From IMG/VR virus record IMGVR_UViG_3300005676_000004: a stretch of DNA of 64,000 bases; one strand, given 5' to 3'. A program made the translations under genes and the position numbers. Positions 1 to 8,793 of the stretch are shown in pieces. The notes below the pieces were generated by a model. The model was not told the origin of the DNA. It did not search any database and saw only the letters and a program-made list of their open reading frames with translations. How positions within the stretch are numbered: position 1 is the first letter of the stretch; each line of letters begins with the position of its first letter. This DNA comes from a virus.

Positions 1-1
1 C

Positions 2-1339
2 AAAGTTGGAAAGATTAAAGATTGGGATTCCGACGCATACACGCGTGGTACTCGTGATTCATATATCATAGAAGGACATGAAGATATAGTTTTGACTCAT
101 GCCGAGATAAAGCAATTCATTGAATCTAATAAGTATACGGTTGGTGCAAATGGTGCATTCTATACCACAGATTCAATCGGACTTCTACCAGCAGTTTTAA
201 ACGACTGGTTTGATAAACGAGTTGAATACAAAAACGAGATGAAGAAGTGGGGAACTGCTGGTGATGTGGATAAATATGAGTTCTACAAGAAACGGCAACT
301 TGTACAAAAAATCTTGTTGAACTCACTGTATGGCGTCTTAGGCCTTCCCGTCTTTCGATGGTTTGACATTGATAACGCCGAAGCCGTTACTCTCACGGGC
401 CGCACGGTTATTCAGAAGACCCAGGATGTTATTAATTTGAAATACAACAGTGAGTTACAAAGTTCCGACGATCATGTCATCTATATTGATACCGATTCTG
501 TGTTTGTGTCGTGTCTACCACTCGTGAAGCATAGATACCCTTCAATAGATGTTAGGGATGATACTCTAATGGCTGAACGTATTTACGAGATAGCCAACGA
601 AGTGCAGGCATATGTTAACAAAATGTATGATGTTCTAGCTAAGAAAGTCTTTAATGCAAGCACTCATAGATTTGAGATAAAGCAGGAGATGATTGCTAAG
701 ACTGGATTTTGGACTAAGAAGAAACGCTATGCACTGAAAGTTATATCTGATAATGGCTTGCCAGTTGACGAGTTGAAGATAGTTGGCCTAGATGTGGTAC
801 GGTCTTCATATCCAACCTCGTTTAAGAAATTCATGAAGGAGATTCTGTCGGATATTTTGTTGTTCAAAGACAAAGCTGAGTTGGATGAGAAGATTATCTA
901 CTTCAAAAAGAATGTTGCCAAGGAAGCATATTCCGAAGTATCAAAGACATCTTCGGTGAAAAACATTGCTAAGTACGAAATACTAAACGATGATACTCTT
1001 GGTAAGTTTAAAACTCGGACCCCTTCGCATGTTAAAGCTGCTATAAATTACAATAGACTCTTGAAGCTGTTTAAGGTGCCACCTAAATATCCACCTGTAA
1101 AGAATGGTGATAAGATCAAGATCGCATACCTTAAGCAAAATCCATACGAAATACATGAGTTGGCATTTCGAGGTGAAAGCGATCCTTCGGTAATTCTTGA
1201 CTTCATCAAAGACAATTTTGACGCGGAGGCGTTATACAACTCGGAAATAAAAAAGAAACTAGATGTATTCTATGATGCAATGGGGTGGTCTTACCCATCC
1301 GAATACACGAAGTTAGCAGCCGAGTTCTTTTCGTTTTGA
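2..1339 (+). CDS. Family B DNA polymerase (T4 gp43-like), C-terminal part, 5'-truncated by the window
   Basis: Frame is open from base 2. PolB motifs KKRQLVQKILLNSLYG, YIDTDS and KKRY are present; the aromatic C-terminal tail (AEFFSF) resembles a clamp-binding peptide. Confidence 0.97.
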   Translation, partial: KVGKIKDWDSDAYTRGTRDSYIIEGHEDIVLTHAEIKQFIESNKYTVGANGAFYTTDSIGLLPAVLNDWFDKRVEYKNEMKKWGTAGDVDKYEFYKKRQLVQKILLNSLYGVLGLPVFRWFDIDNAEAVTLTGRTVIQKTQDVINLKYNSELQSSDDHVIYIDTDSVFVSCLPLVKHRYPSIDVRDDTLMAERIYEIANEVQAYVNKMYDVLAKKVFNASTHRFEIKQEMIAKTGFWTKKKRYALKVISDNGLPVDELKIVGLDVVRSSYPTSFKKFMKEILSDILLFKDKAELDEKIIYFKKNVAKEAYSEVSKTSSVKNIAKYEILNDDTLGKFKTRTPSHVKAAINYNRLLKLFKVPPKYPPVKNGDKIKIAYLKQNPYEIHELAFRGESDPSVILDFIKDNFDAEALYNSEIKKKLDVFYDAMGWSYPSEYTKLAAEFFSF

Positions 1340-1363
1340 AAATTCAACTTTTTTTAGTATATT
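1335..1363 (+). promoter_or_regulatory. Bacteroidota-type promoter (TTTG-N19-TATATT)
   Basis: TTTG at 1335-1338 and TATATT at 1358-1363, upstream of the clamp gene; same architecture as at 6473 and 28852. Confidence 0.65.
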
Positions 1364-1402
1364 GAAATACATCTACACACCGTAATTGATGAGGTCATCT
1401 TA

Positions 1403-2146
1403 ATGGATAAGCGAAACCTAACAAATTTTATCAGCAAGTACTTTCTGTCAGGCAATGCGCCATCCGTGGCTTGGGAAGTCGGCGATCAATTGAAAACGAG
1501 GTTCATAACCGATGATCGCGCTCTAGTCGGCGAGATTATACATCGAGAGCAGCTACATACTTCCGAGGGGGGTGTTGATTCTGCTGAGAAGTTGTCTATC
1601 TACAATACCGAACTCCTATTGAAGATGCTTAGCGTCTTAGGAACTGACATAACGTTTGAAATGGTTAAACGCGTAGAGAACTCTAGGGTGAATCATCTGA
1701 TCTTAGCAGATGGGAACACCACACTTAAGTACATGTTATCCGACCCATCAGTAATATCGCCAGTTCCAGAGATGAAGAAAGCTCTTGACTATGGGATAAC
1801 GATACAACTTGATAAAGACCTTAGTGATAGATTTCTGAGAGCAAGGTCTGCACTACCAACGGAAACTAAGTTTGTAATTTCCAAGGATAAAAAGAAAGGT
1901 ACGTATCAACTTGTTCTCGGTGGCTCCGGTAAGGACGTTAACCGCATCACACTAGATGTTATAACTAATGTTAAGTCCGACATAGCACCAATATCCTTTA
2001 GTGTAAAGTATTTCGCTGAGATACTTGCCGCGAATAAGGATGCTGAGACAGGAGCTATGGAGATTGCTGAGAACGCGCTTGCTAAGATTTCATTCAACAC
2101 TGAACTACAGTCTTCGACGTATTATCTGCTTCGTCAGGAGGATTGA
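1403..2146 (+). CDS. Sliding clamp (T4 gp45-like)
   Basis: 247 aa, lies between PolB and the clamp loader; C-terminus STYYLL typical of clamp folds. Confidence 0.8.
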   Translation: MDKRNLTNFISKYFLSGNAPSVAWEVGDQLKTRFITDDRALVGEIIHREQLHTSEGGVDSAEKLSIYNTELLLKMLSVLGTDITFEMVKRVENSRVNHLILADGNTTLKYMLSDPSVISPVPEMKKALDYGITIQLDKDLSDRFLRARSALPTETKFVISKDKKKGTYQLVLGGSGKDVNRITLDVITNVKSDIAPISFSVKYFAEILAANKDAETGAMEIAENALAKISFNTELQSSTYYLLRQED

Positions 2147-2556
2147 TAATGACTATGGACTTAAAAGAGCTTTCACGCGAAGATTGTTTTGTAACCACCA
2201 CACGTTTCTCCGTTGAATTGTGTAACAAGAATCTAGGATATTTGTTTGTTTTTGGGGATAATGAACAGCGTGTCGGAAAGGGTGGGCAAGCTATAATACG
2301 TGGTTGCCCCAACACAATAGGTCTCAGGACTAAACGTAGTATTGCAGAATTTTGGACGGATCGCGACTATCACCGGAATTGTAAGCTGATTGATGAGGAC
2401 ATTCACAGTATACTTTCTGCATTGTATCTTGGCTATCGAATTGTCTTCGCATCAAGTGGTTACGGCAACGGATTAGCTGAGTTGCCTGCACGTGCTCCTG
2501 AAACGTATTTGTATTTGAAAAATAAACTCGATGATTATTTCGGGTTTACATTTTAA
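2143..2556 (+). CDS. Conserved phage protein (FVFGDN..R.GKGGQA family; possibly macrodomain-like)
   Basis: Motifs FVFGDNEQRVGKGGQAIIR, PNTIGLRTK and GYGNGLAEL; overlaps the clamp stop by 4 nt. Confidence 0.6.
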   Translation: MIMTMDLKELSREDCFVTTTRFSVELCNKNLGYLFVFGDNEQRVGKGGQAIIRGCPNTIGLRTKRSIAEFWTDRDYHRNCKLIDEDIHSILSALYLGYRIVFASSGYGNGLAELPARAPETYLYLKNKLDDYFGFTF

Positions 2557-2582
2557 TTTGTAACATCTTTTATTGGTTTTTC

Positions 2583-3512
2583 ATGTCTGAACATTCATTG
2601 CTCGTAGAAAAGTACCGCCCGACGTCGCTGGACGAGTACATATGCTCTGAGACTTTACGAAAAAGTTTTACCGAGTATATTGAGAAGAAAGATATTCCTC
2701 ACTTGCTGTTGTATGGCGACGCTGGCTCCGGTAAGACAACGCTAGCTAAGATTTTTGCCAATACAATCTCGCCAGACAACTTCATGTATATTAACGCATC
2801 GGACGAGAACTCAGTTGACACCGTTAGAGACAAGATCAAACAATTCGCGTCTTCCATGGGGTTTGGTGGCTTAAAAATCATCATCCTAGATGAGGCTGAC
2901 TATCTGTCACAGAGTGCACAGGCGGCACTCCGTAATATCATGGAAACGTTCAGTAAGACTACTCGGTTTATCTTGACATGTAACTATGCAGAACGTATCA
3001 TTGAACCACTTCAGTCAAGATGTCAATCGTTCAATATAACTCCGCCATCAAAGAGAGATGTTGCTAAACACATCGTTGCGATGTTAAAGTCGGAGGGTGT
3101 TGAGTTTGATCTTGCGGACGTAGCAACTATTGTCAATGCAAATTACCCAGACGTCCGCAAGACTATCAATTCCATTCAGCGTAGTATAACTGGAGCCGTG
3201 CTAACCTTAGATCAGGAAGCTGTGGAACAGACTCACTACTACGGTTCTATACTAGAAATTTTGAAGTCGGAAAAGAAGACTAAGGATAAGTTTCAAGAGA
3301 TTAGGCAACTGATAGCGAATAACTACGTTAGAGACTATACTCCTATGTTTAGGTTTTTGTATGATAACGTTGATGGTTACGCTAAGACTAAAGTTGGCCA
3401 AGTCATCATTATCATTGCAGAGGCACACTACAGAGATGCATTCGTCATTGATCATGAGATAAATGCAATGTCAATGTTCATTCAGATCATAAATGAGATA
3501 GCTAGTAAATAA
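2583..3512 (+). CDS. Clamp loader AAA+ large subunit (T4 gp44/RFC-like)
   Basis: EKYRP, Walker A GDAGSGKT, Walker B IILDEAD and SRC motif. Confidence 0.96.
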   Translation: MSEHSLLVEKYRPTSLDEYICSETLRKSFTEYIEKKDIPHLLLYGDAGSGKTTLAKIFANTISPDNFMYINASDENSVDTVRDKIKQFASSMGFGGLKIIILDEADYLSQSAQAALRNIMETFSKTTRFILTCNYAERIIEPLQSRCQSFNITPPSKRDVAKHIVAMLKSEGVEFDLADVATIVNANYPDVRKTINSIQRSITGAVLTLDQEAVEQTHYYGSILEILKSEKKTKDKFQEIRQLIANNYVRDYTPMFRFLYDNVDGYAKTKVGQVIIIIAEAHYRDAFVIDHEINAMSMFIQIINEIASK

Positions 3513-3540
3513 TACAACTTATAACGAAGAGGAAGTTTAC

Positions 3541-3828
3541 ATGGTTAATAACGATAACATGTCCAATATCTTAGATCAAGCGTCGGAGATTGAATGTAAT
3601 GTTTGTGGAGGTATATTTTTTGCTGAAGTCTTTTTGTTTAAGAAGATCACACCCATCATTGCACCAGATGGTGTGGGTGGGGTAGTTCCAATCAAAGTCT
3701 TTAGTTGCTTGGAGTGTGGGTCAATAGCTAAAGAACTCATACCATGCACTATAAACAAATACGGTACTAGTGACGCCAGTGATGATACTTCTGCTAGCGA
3801 TTCAAATTCTCCCATTATAACAATCTAA
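3541..3828 (+). CDS. Zn-ribbon hypothetical protein
   Basis: CxxC...CxxC (CNVC, CLEC); in operon with the clamp loader. Confidence 0.7.
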   Translation: MVNNDNMSNILDQASEIECNVCGGIFFAEVFLFKKITPIIAPDGVGGVVPIKVFSCLECGSIAKELIPCTINKYGTSDASDDTSASDSNSPIITI

Positions 3829-3840
3829 CAGATGTGACGT

Positions 3841-4296
3841 ATGTCAAGAAATTTATTTGATCTTATAAAAGATGTTACAAGATCAAAACGAAATGTATCA
3901 GAGCTAACAGATGAAGATTGGAAGGTATGGAGTAACTTTATGGTTACTCGTTGGCTTTCAATGGATATTGATCTTGTTGAGTTCGCCAATGAAGTCCAAG
4001 TTTACAGTAATAGCGTCTTGACGCCGAAGGATTTTTATAGATTTCTGTATCATATCCTTCCCGAAGGCCCATTGTATCTGAAGTACGTAAAGCGTACGTC
4101 TGCATTTGAAATAGATGCGCAATTCATTGACATTATCCGTAATCATCTCCAAATCAGTAGGAGACGGGTATATGAATACATTGAATTGCTCATGAACGAT
4201 GGGGGTATTCAATACATAATTGATATACTCAACATGTACGGTCTTTCAGACGAATCCGTACAAAAATTTGTTACTCAAGTTTCTAAAAAGAGGTAA
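3841..4296 (+). CDS. Clamp loader small subunit (T4 gp62-like)
   Basis: Size and position; motifs LFDLI, FMVTRWLSM and YLKYVK. Confidence 0.7.
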   Translation: MSRNLFDLIKDVTRSKRNVSELTDEDWKVWSNFMVTRWLSMDIDLVEFANEVQVYSNSVLTPKDFYRFLYHILPEGPLYLKYVKRTSAFEIDAQFIDIIRNHLQISRRRVYEYIELLMNDGGIQYIIDILNMYGLSDESVQKFVTQVSKKR

Positions 4297-4298
4297 GT

Positions 4299-4703
4299 AT
4301 GAACATTACAGAGCGGCAGAACGTTAACTCCAAGAAAAATGCCGAGGTATTGGAAAATAATAAAGTTGATCATGTTGTAGAAGAGATGGAAGAACGTTAT
4401 CCACAGATGACAGCCGAGTTCAAACGAATACAACGAGAGCAATATGCACTATTCTGTCGGAAACAGAAAAACTATGGCCCTCACAACATTTCAATGGGTA
4501 CCCCACTTGACACAGAAGAAGATATACGATTTTCTCTTCAGGGTTTGTTCTTTAGATTGAATGACAAGATCAATCGTTTTAAGCAGATGGTATGTTTTGG
4601 TTCTGAGGATGCAGTGGGAGAATCATTGGCTGATACATTCAAAGACATTTCGGTGTACGGTATAATTGCGCAACTAGTACAGAATGGAAAATGGGGTAAA
4701 TAA
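4299..4703 (+). CDS. Nucleotide-modification-associated domain 1 (Nmad1/DUF1599-like) protein
   Basis: FCRKQKNYG, RLNDKINR and DTFKDISVYGII pattern. Confidence 0.75.
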   Translation: MNITERQNVNSKKNAEVLENNKVDHVVEEMEERYPQMTAEFKRIQREQYALFCRKQKNYGPHNISMGTPLDTEEDIRFSLQGLFFRLNDKINRFKQMVCFGSEDAVGESLADTFKDISVYGIIAQLVQNGKWGK

Positions 4704-5938
4704 TGAGCACATATCTTAAGACTAGTGAATATGTTTCTCCTGGTCATCCTGATAAAGTAGCCGATCAGATTTCAGATCGGATCGTTGACTTTTGTTTAAG
4801 CAAGGATAGAAACGCCAAGGTTGCATGTGAAACTCTCATCAAGGGTAACCACATTCATCTAGCAGGTGAAATTAGTAGCGATTACTTCTCGTTTTCTGAA
4901 TTTATTGCTGAGATAGAATCTGATATAAAATCTTTACTGTGGGATGTAGGTTATCACCGTAACAATTACATTGATAGCTTACAATTTTCATATAACATTA
5001 CCGAGCAATCTCCCGAGATAAATTCGGCGGTTGTGACTGATAATGGAACGGCTGCTGGTGATCAAGGTATTATGTTCGGGTACGCTTGCTATGAAACTCC
5101 GACATATATGCCACTACATGTTTTCTTAGCGAGAGAGGTTATCTTCTATTATTACAAAAAATTTGATTTTCTTGAGCCGGATATGAAAGCTCAAGTAACT
5201 GTGGAGTATGATGCAGATACTCATCAGCCGATTGCAGTCAAAACTGTAATTGTATCTTTATGCTATTCTCCTGAGCGGTTTGTATTACCTATTTCTGGAG
5301 ATAGATTTGCAGAGTTCAAACTAATAATAGAGGCTACTAAGCCGCAACTCATTGAACACCTTACTTCTCTATTAGCTCCAGATAGTCGTCCTCACTTTTA
5401 CGAGAAATACAAGAATTTTTCTACTGAATTTTTTACTGATGATACCGACTTCATAATTAATCCAGCAGGAGAGTGGACTAGGGGTGGTCCTGCTGTAGAT
5501 TGTGGTGTCACTGGAAGAAAGATAGTCGTAGACCATTATGGGTCGGCATCTCCTGTCGGTGGTGGAGCTTTCTCTGGTAAAGACCCTTCAAAAGTTGATC
5601 GGTCGGCAGCATATATGGCTCGGCACATGGCAGTATCTCTGTTGTTCCATGACGTAGACACTGTGGAAAGTGCTGTCCAAGTAGAATTAGCGTATGCGAT
5701 AGGACAAAAACATCCAGTTGCAGTTAGAGTATATAATCCCAATACTAACGTGCAAATTGATCATACTAAACTATTTAGTAATGATAGCTTGACGCCGGAT
5801 GCCATAATTTACAGATTTGGACTGAAGGCTAACGTGAAGTACGCTAGTGTAGCGCATTATGGTCATTTTGGGTGTGATGCCTACCCATGGAATTTTCCAG
5901 CCGTATTTGTTATACCAGACTTGGAGTCTATTGGATGA
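4703..5938 (+). CDS. metK: S-adenosylmethionine synthetase
   Basis: SEYVSPGHPDKVADQISD, GDQGIMFGY, GRKIVVD.YG and GGGAFSGKDPSKVDRSAAY. Confidence 0.96.
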   Translation: MSTYLKTSEYVSPGHPDKVADQISDRIVDFCLSKDRNAKVACETLIKGNHIHLAGEISSDYFSFSEFIAEIESDIKSLLWDVGYHRNNYIDSLQFSYNITEQSPEINSAVVTDNGTAAGDQGIMFGYACYETPTYMPLHVFLAREVIFYYYKKFDFLEPDMKAQVTVEYDADTHQPIAVKTVIVSLCYSPERFVLPISGDRFAEFKLIIEATKPQLIEHLTSLLAPDSRPHFYEKYKNFSTEFFTDDTDFIINPAGEWTRGGPAVDCGVTGRKIVVDHYGSASPVGGGAFSGKDPSKVDRSAAYMARHMAVSLLFHDVDTVESAVQVELAYAIGQKHPVAVRVYNPNTNVQIDHTKLFSNDSLTPDAIIYRFGLKANVKYASVAHYGHFGCDAYPWNFPAVFVIPDLESIG

Positions 5939-6465
5939 GACTAAATTCAGTTATAACCGCGTTGGTAACGGAGAACATGCCAGCGGCGGAAAGTAATTTT
6001 ACTCTCGTTGGTAAAATTGATGTGTATCATTACAGTAAACTAGATTTAGGTGATAAGGTAACTCTTAATCCAGAAGAGACAGTAAAACATCAATCTAGCT
6101 ATTCTAGAAATGACTATAAATTATCAAAATTCCCTAGGATGTTCTTCTATACTGACTTGAATAAGACAGAACATCTAGTTAAGTCTTCATCCAAAGCATT
6201 GTATAAGGCCGAAGTTGATGGTAGCTCAATATTGCTTCTACAGTCGGCGTTGTCCGCGTACAGAGAAAACAAGGAGGAGTTATCTCGTAAGAACAAGAAA
6301 GCCGCCTTGGTTATTCATGCTTTATTAGGCGAAGGGTACACTGATTGGGATGCTATGTTCAAGGAAGCTGCTAAGAATTTTAGCGGTGTGTTCTATGAGA
6401 CAGGCGGTGTACCTATGGTTGTTTTGTTTACTCCAGTTGACGCGAAGAAAATCCAACTTCCGTGA
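5935..6465 (+). CDS. Hypothetical protein, possible ADP-ribosyltransferase-like fold
   Basis: ATGA overlap with the metK stop gives start 5935. VYHYS...PRMFFYTD...LYKAEV pattern. Confidence 0.6.
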   Translation: MRLNSVITALVTENMPAAESNFTLVGKIDVYHYSKLDLGDKVTLNPEETVKHQSSYSRNDYKLSKFPRMFFYTDLNKTEHLVKSSSKALYKAEVDGSSILLLQSALSAYRENKEELSRKNKKAALVIHALLGEGYTDWDAMFKEAAKNFSGVFYETGGVPMVVLFTPVDAKKIQLP

Positions 6466-6472
6466 ACATAGA

Positions 6473-6502
6473 TTTGTAAATCTCAAAAAAGTTTCGTATA
6501 TT
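6473..6502 (+). promoter_or_regulatory. Bacteroidota-type promoter (TTTG-N20-TATATT)
   Basis: TTTG at 6473-6476 and CGTATATTAG at 6495-6504, upstream of 6519. Confidence 0.7.
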
Positions 6503-6518
6503 AGTAATAAAGGTTGCG

Positions 6519-7478
6519 ATGGCTATCTCATTTAGTCAATATTCAATTTGGAAGAATTGCAAGCTACAGTGGAAACTACGTTACTTTGACGGTAACTATG
6601 CATACGAGCCATCAATATCAACGTTGTTTGGCACTGCTATGCATAACACTCTACAACACTTCATCCAAGTTATGTATACTCAAACGATAGATGAAGCTAA
6701 CGCAATAAATCTAGAGGAGTATTTGCAAATAGAAATGATGGCGTTATACCAGCATCAAGTAGAGAATAACAAGAAAGTACATTTCAGTACTGCCGCTGAA
6801 CTTATTGAGTACTACGAAGACGGCGTTGAAATCATTAAGTGGTTCAAGACTCATCGTGTTGACTTCTTCACGAAGAAAGATTGGAAGTTATTAGGTATAG
6901 AGATGCCGATAAAGGTAAAACCTCTCAGTACTCATCCTAACGTAGACTTTGAAGGTTTATTGGATGTTGTACTTCAAAACACAAAGACTAATGAGATTGT
7001 GATCTATGACTTCAAAACGTCTACTCATGGCTGGGGTGAATCTACAAAGAATGATAAAACAAAAATTTCTCAGCTTATTTTGTATAAGACATATTATGCT
7101 GAGATGTTCAACATTGATCCAGACCTTATAAAAATTGAATACCTAATTCTCAAGCGCAAGATAAATGAAGATGCTGAGTACTCATCAATGAAGAAACGGA
7201 TACAACGTTTCTCCCCCGCTGATGGGAAACCTTCTCGCAATAGGGCGCGTAAAGACTTTGAGGCATTTATAGTTGAAAACTATAATAGTGACGGGACAAA
7301 AATTGAACACGATAGTTATCCAGCCACAGCAGGCCATTCTAACAACAATTGTACATTTTGCGCATTCAAGGATGACAATAAGCTATGTCCTTTTTCAAAA
7401 CGCATTATGAAGAGTCGAGAAATGCTTGAACACGAGAACTCTAACGCCACTTTACTAACTAAGGAAACTTCGCAATGA
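6519..7478 (+). CDS. PD-(D/E)XK nuclease, Cas4/AddB-like with predicted Fe-S cluster
   Basis: SFSQY...C at the N-terminus, GLLDVV, IYDFKTS, and C-terminal CTFC-x8-C. Confidence 0.85.
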   Translation: MAISFSQYSIWKNCKLQWKLRYFDGNYAYEPSISTLFGTAMHNTLQHFIQVMYTQTIDEANAINLEEYLQIEMMALYQHQVENNKKVHFSTAAELIEYYEDGVEIIKWFKTHRVDFFTKKDWKLLGIEMPIKVKPLSTHPNVDFEGLLDVVLQNTKTNEIVIYDFKTSTHGWGESTKNDKTKISQLILYKTYYAEMFNIDPDLIKIEYLILKRKINEDAEYSSMKKRIQRFSPADGKPSRNRARKDFEAFIVENYNSDGTKIEHDSYPATAGHSNNNCTFCAFKDDNKLCPFSKRIMKSREMLEHENSNATLLTKETSQ

Positions 7479-8539
7479 TTGTTAAGACTGCGTATACGTA
7501 TGATGACATTCAGATTGTACCTTCATTATCCGAGGTTGAATCTAGGTCACATTGCTCGTTATATACCAATTTTACCGAAAACGTGCCCATCACAATTCCG
7601 TTAATTTCCGCACCAATGGATACTGTAACTGAGGTGGCTATGGCATATACTTTGGGGGTACATGGCGCAGTAGGCATCATTCATCGATTTGATTCAATAG
7701 AAGAGCAAGTTAAGAAAACGGAAATGGTTCATCAGCAACTTGCATTGTTTTCAGATGTGATTCGTCCAACAGCCGCCGCTGTTGGTGTAGTTGGAGATTA
7801 CTTAGAACGTGCGCAAGCACTTGTTTATGCTGGTGCTAATGTGATTCTCATTGATGTCGCACATGGACACACGGAGCTTATGCGGAAAGCACTTCGTGAG
7901 CTAAAGAACTCTTTACCGGAGAGAGTTGACATAATCGCGGGTAATGTTTCGACAGGAGCGGGGGCTACGGCACTAGCTGAATGGGGTGCTAGTGCTATAC
8001 GAGTTGGTATTGGCGGCGGTTCGCTTTGTGAGACTCGTATACGTACTGGTGTAGGAGTTCCGCAGGCAACAGCCGTGTCTGACTGTGTTGCATCGTTAAC
8101 GTATTCAGGCTACGGTCACATTCCAGTAATTGCCGATGGTGGTATACGAACGCCTGGTGACGTTGCAAAAGCTCTAGCGTTAGGGGCGTCTAGCGTTATG
8201 ATTGGCTCAATTTTTGCTGGAACTGAAGAGACCCCAGGTGAAGTAATAAAGATTGGTCACTGGCCTAATGAAAAACGAATGAAGAAATATAGGGGGTCGG
8301 CCTCAATGGATGCTAAGATTGCATCCGGTAAACACACTACGCACGTAGAAGGTAATTCGGTTATGATTCCCGTTAAAGGTTCGGTCATGGAACTTGTTGA
8401 TGATATTTGTGACGGTGTAAAGTCTGCTATGTCGTATGTCGGCGCAACTACACTAAAGGATTTTATGTTACATGCCGAATTTGTACACGTTACGTCAAAC
8501 GGTGTCATTGAGGCACATCCACATCTTATGTTGAAATAA
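7475..8539 (+). CDS. guaB: IMP dehydrogenase/GMP reductase family protein (no CBS domains)
   Basis: [27 protein letters not shown] (catalytic Cys) and IADGGI; the flap lacks the Arg-Tyr dyad. Confidence 0.88.
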   Translation: MIVKTAYTYDDIQIVPSLSEVESRSHCSLYTNFTENVPITIPLISAPMDTVTEVAMAYTLGVHGAVGIIHRFDSIEEQVKKTEMVHQQLALFSDVIRPTAAAVGVVGDYLERAQALVYAGANVILIDVAHGHTELMRKALRELKNSLPERVDIIAGNVSTGAGATALAEWGASAIRVGIGGGSLCETRIRTGVGVPQATAVSDCVASLTYSGYGHIPVIADGGIRTPGDVAKALALGASSVMIGSIFAGTEETPGEVIKIGHWPNEKRMKKYRGSASMDAKIASGKHTTHVEGNSVMIPVKGSVMELVDDICDGVKSAMSYVGATTLKDFMLHAEFVHVTSNGVIEAHPHLMLK

Positions 8540-8553
8540 TAGGAGATAACTCA

Positions 8554-8784
8554 ATGACTGAGTCATTTAGGAAGATACCTATCACTGGATTTTTCGCTAG
8601 GCTACGAAACTCAATCCGTAAGTTATTCAGACGTCCATACTATGAGTTATATGAGGATGTTGAGACCAAAGAGCAATTTGCAATCGTCATCGGAGTTAAG
8701 GTTTCTACTCCTAGGAGTCCAAGTACGCGACAAAAGGTTCATAGAGTAAAAGATAATAATGCTGACTATACGGTAAAAAACTAA
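8554..8784 (+). CDS. Hypothetical protein
   Basis: AGGAG RBS upstream; fills the gap in the operon. Confidence 0.65.
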   Translation: MTESFRKIPITGFFARLRNSIRKLFRRPYYELYEDVETKEQFAIVIGVKVSTPRSPSTRQKVHRVKDNNADYTVKN

Positions 8785-8793
8785 TTTGGAGAT

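Noticed and set aside
6519-7478. Cas4-like gene as part of a CRISPR-Cas system
   Set aside because: No other cas genes and no repeat-spacer array in the window; stand-alone Cas4-like nucleases are common in phages.
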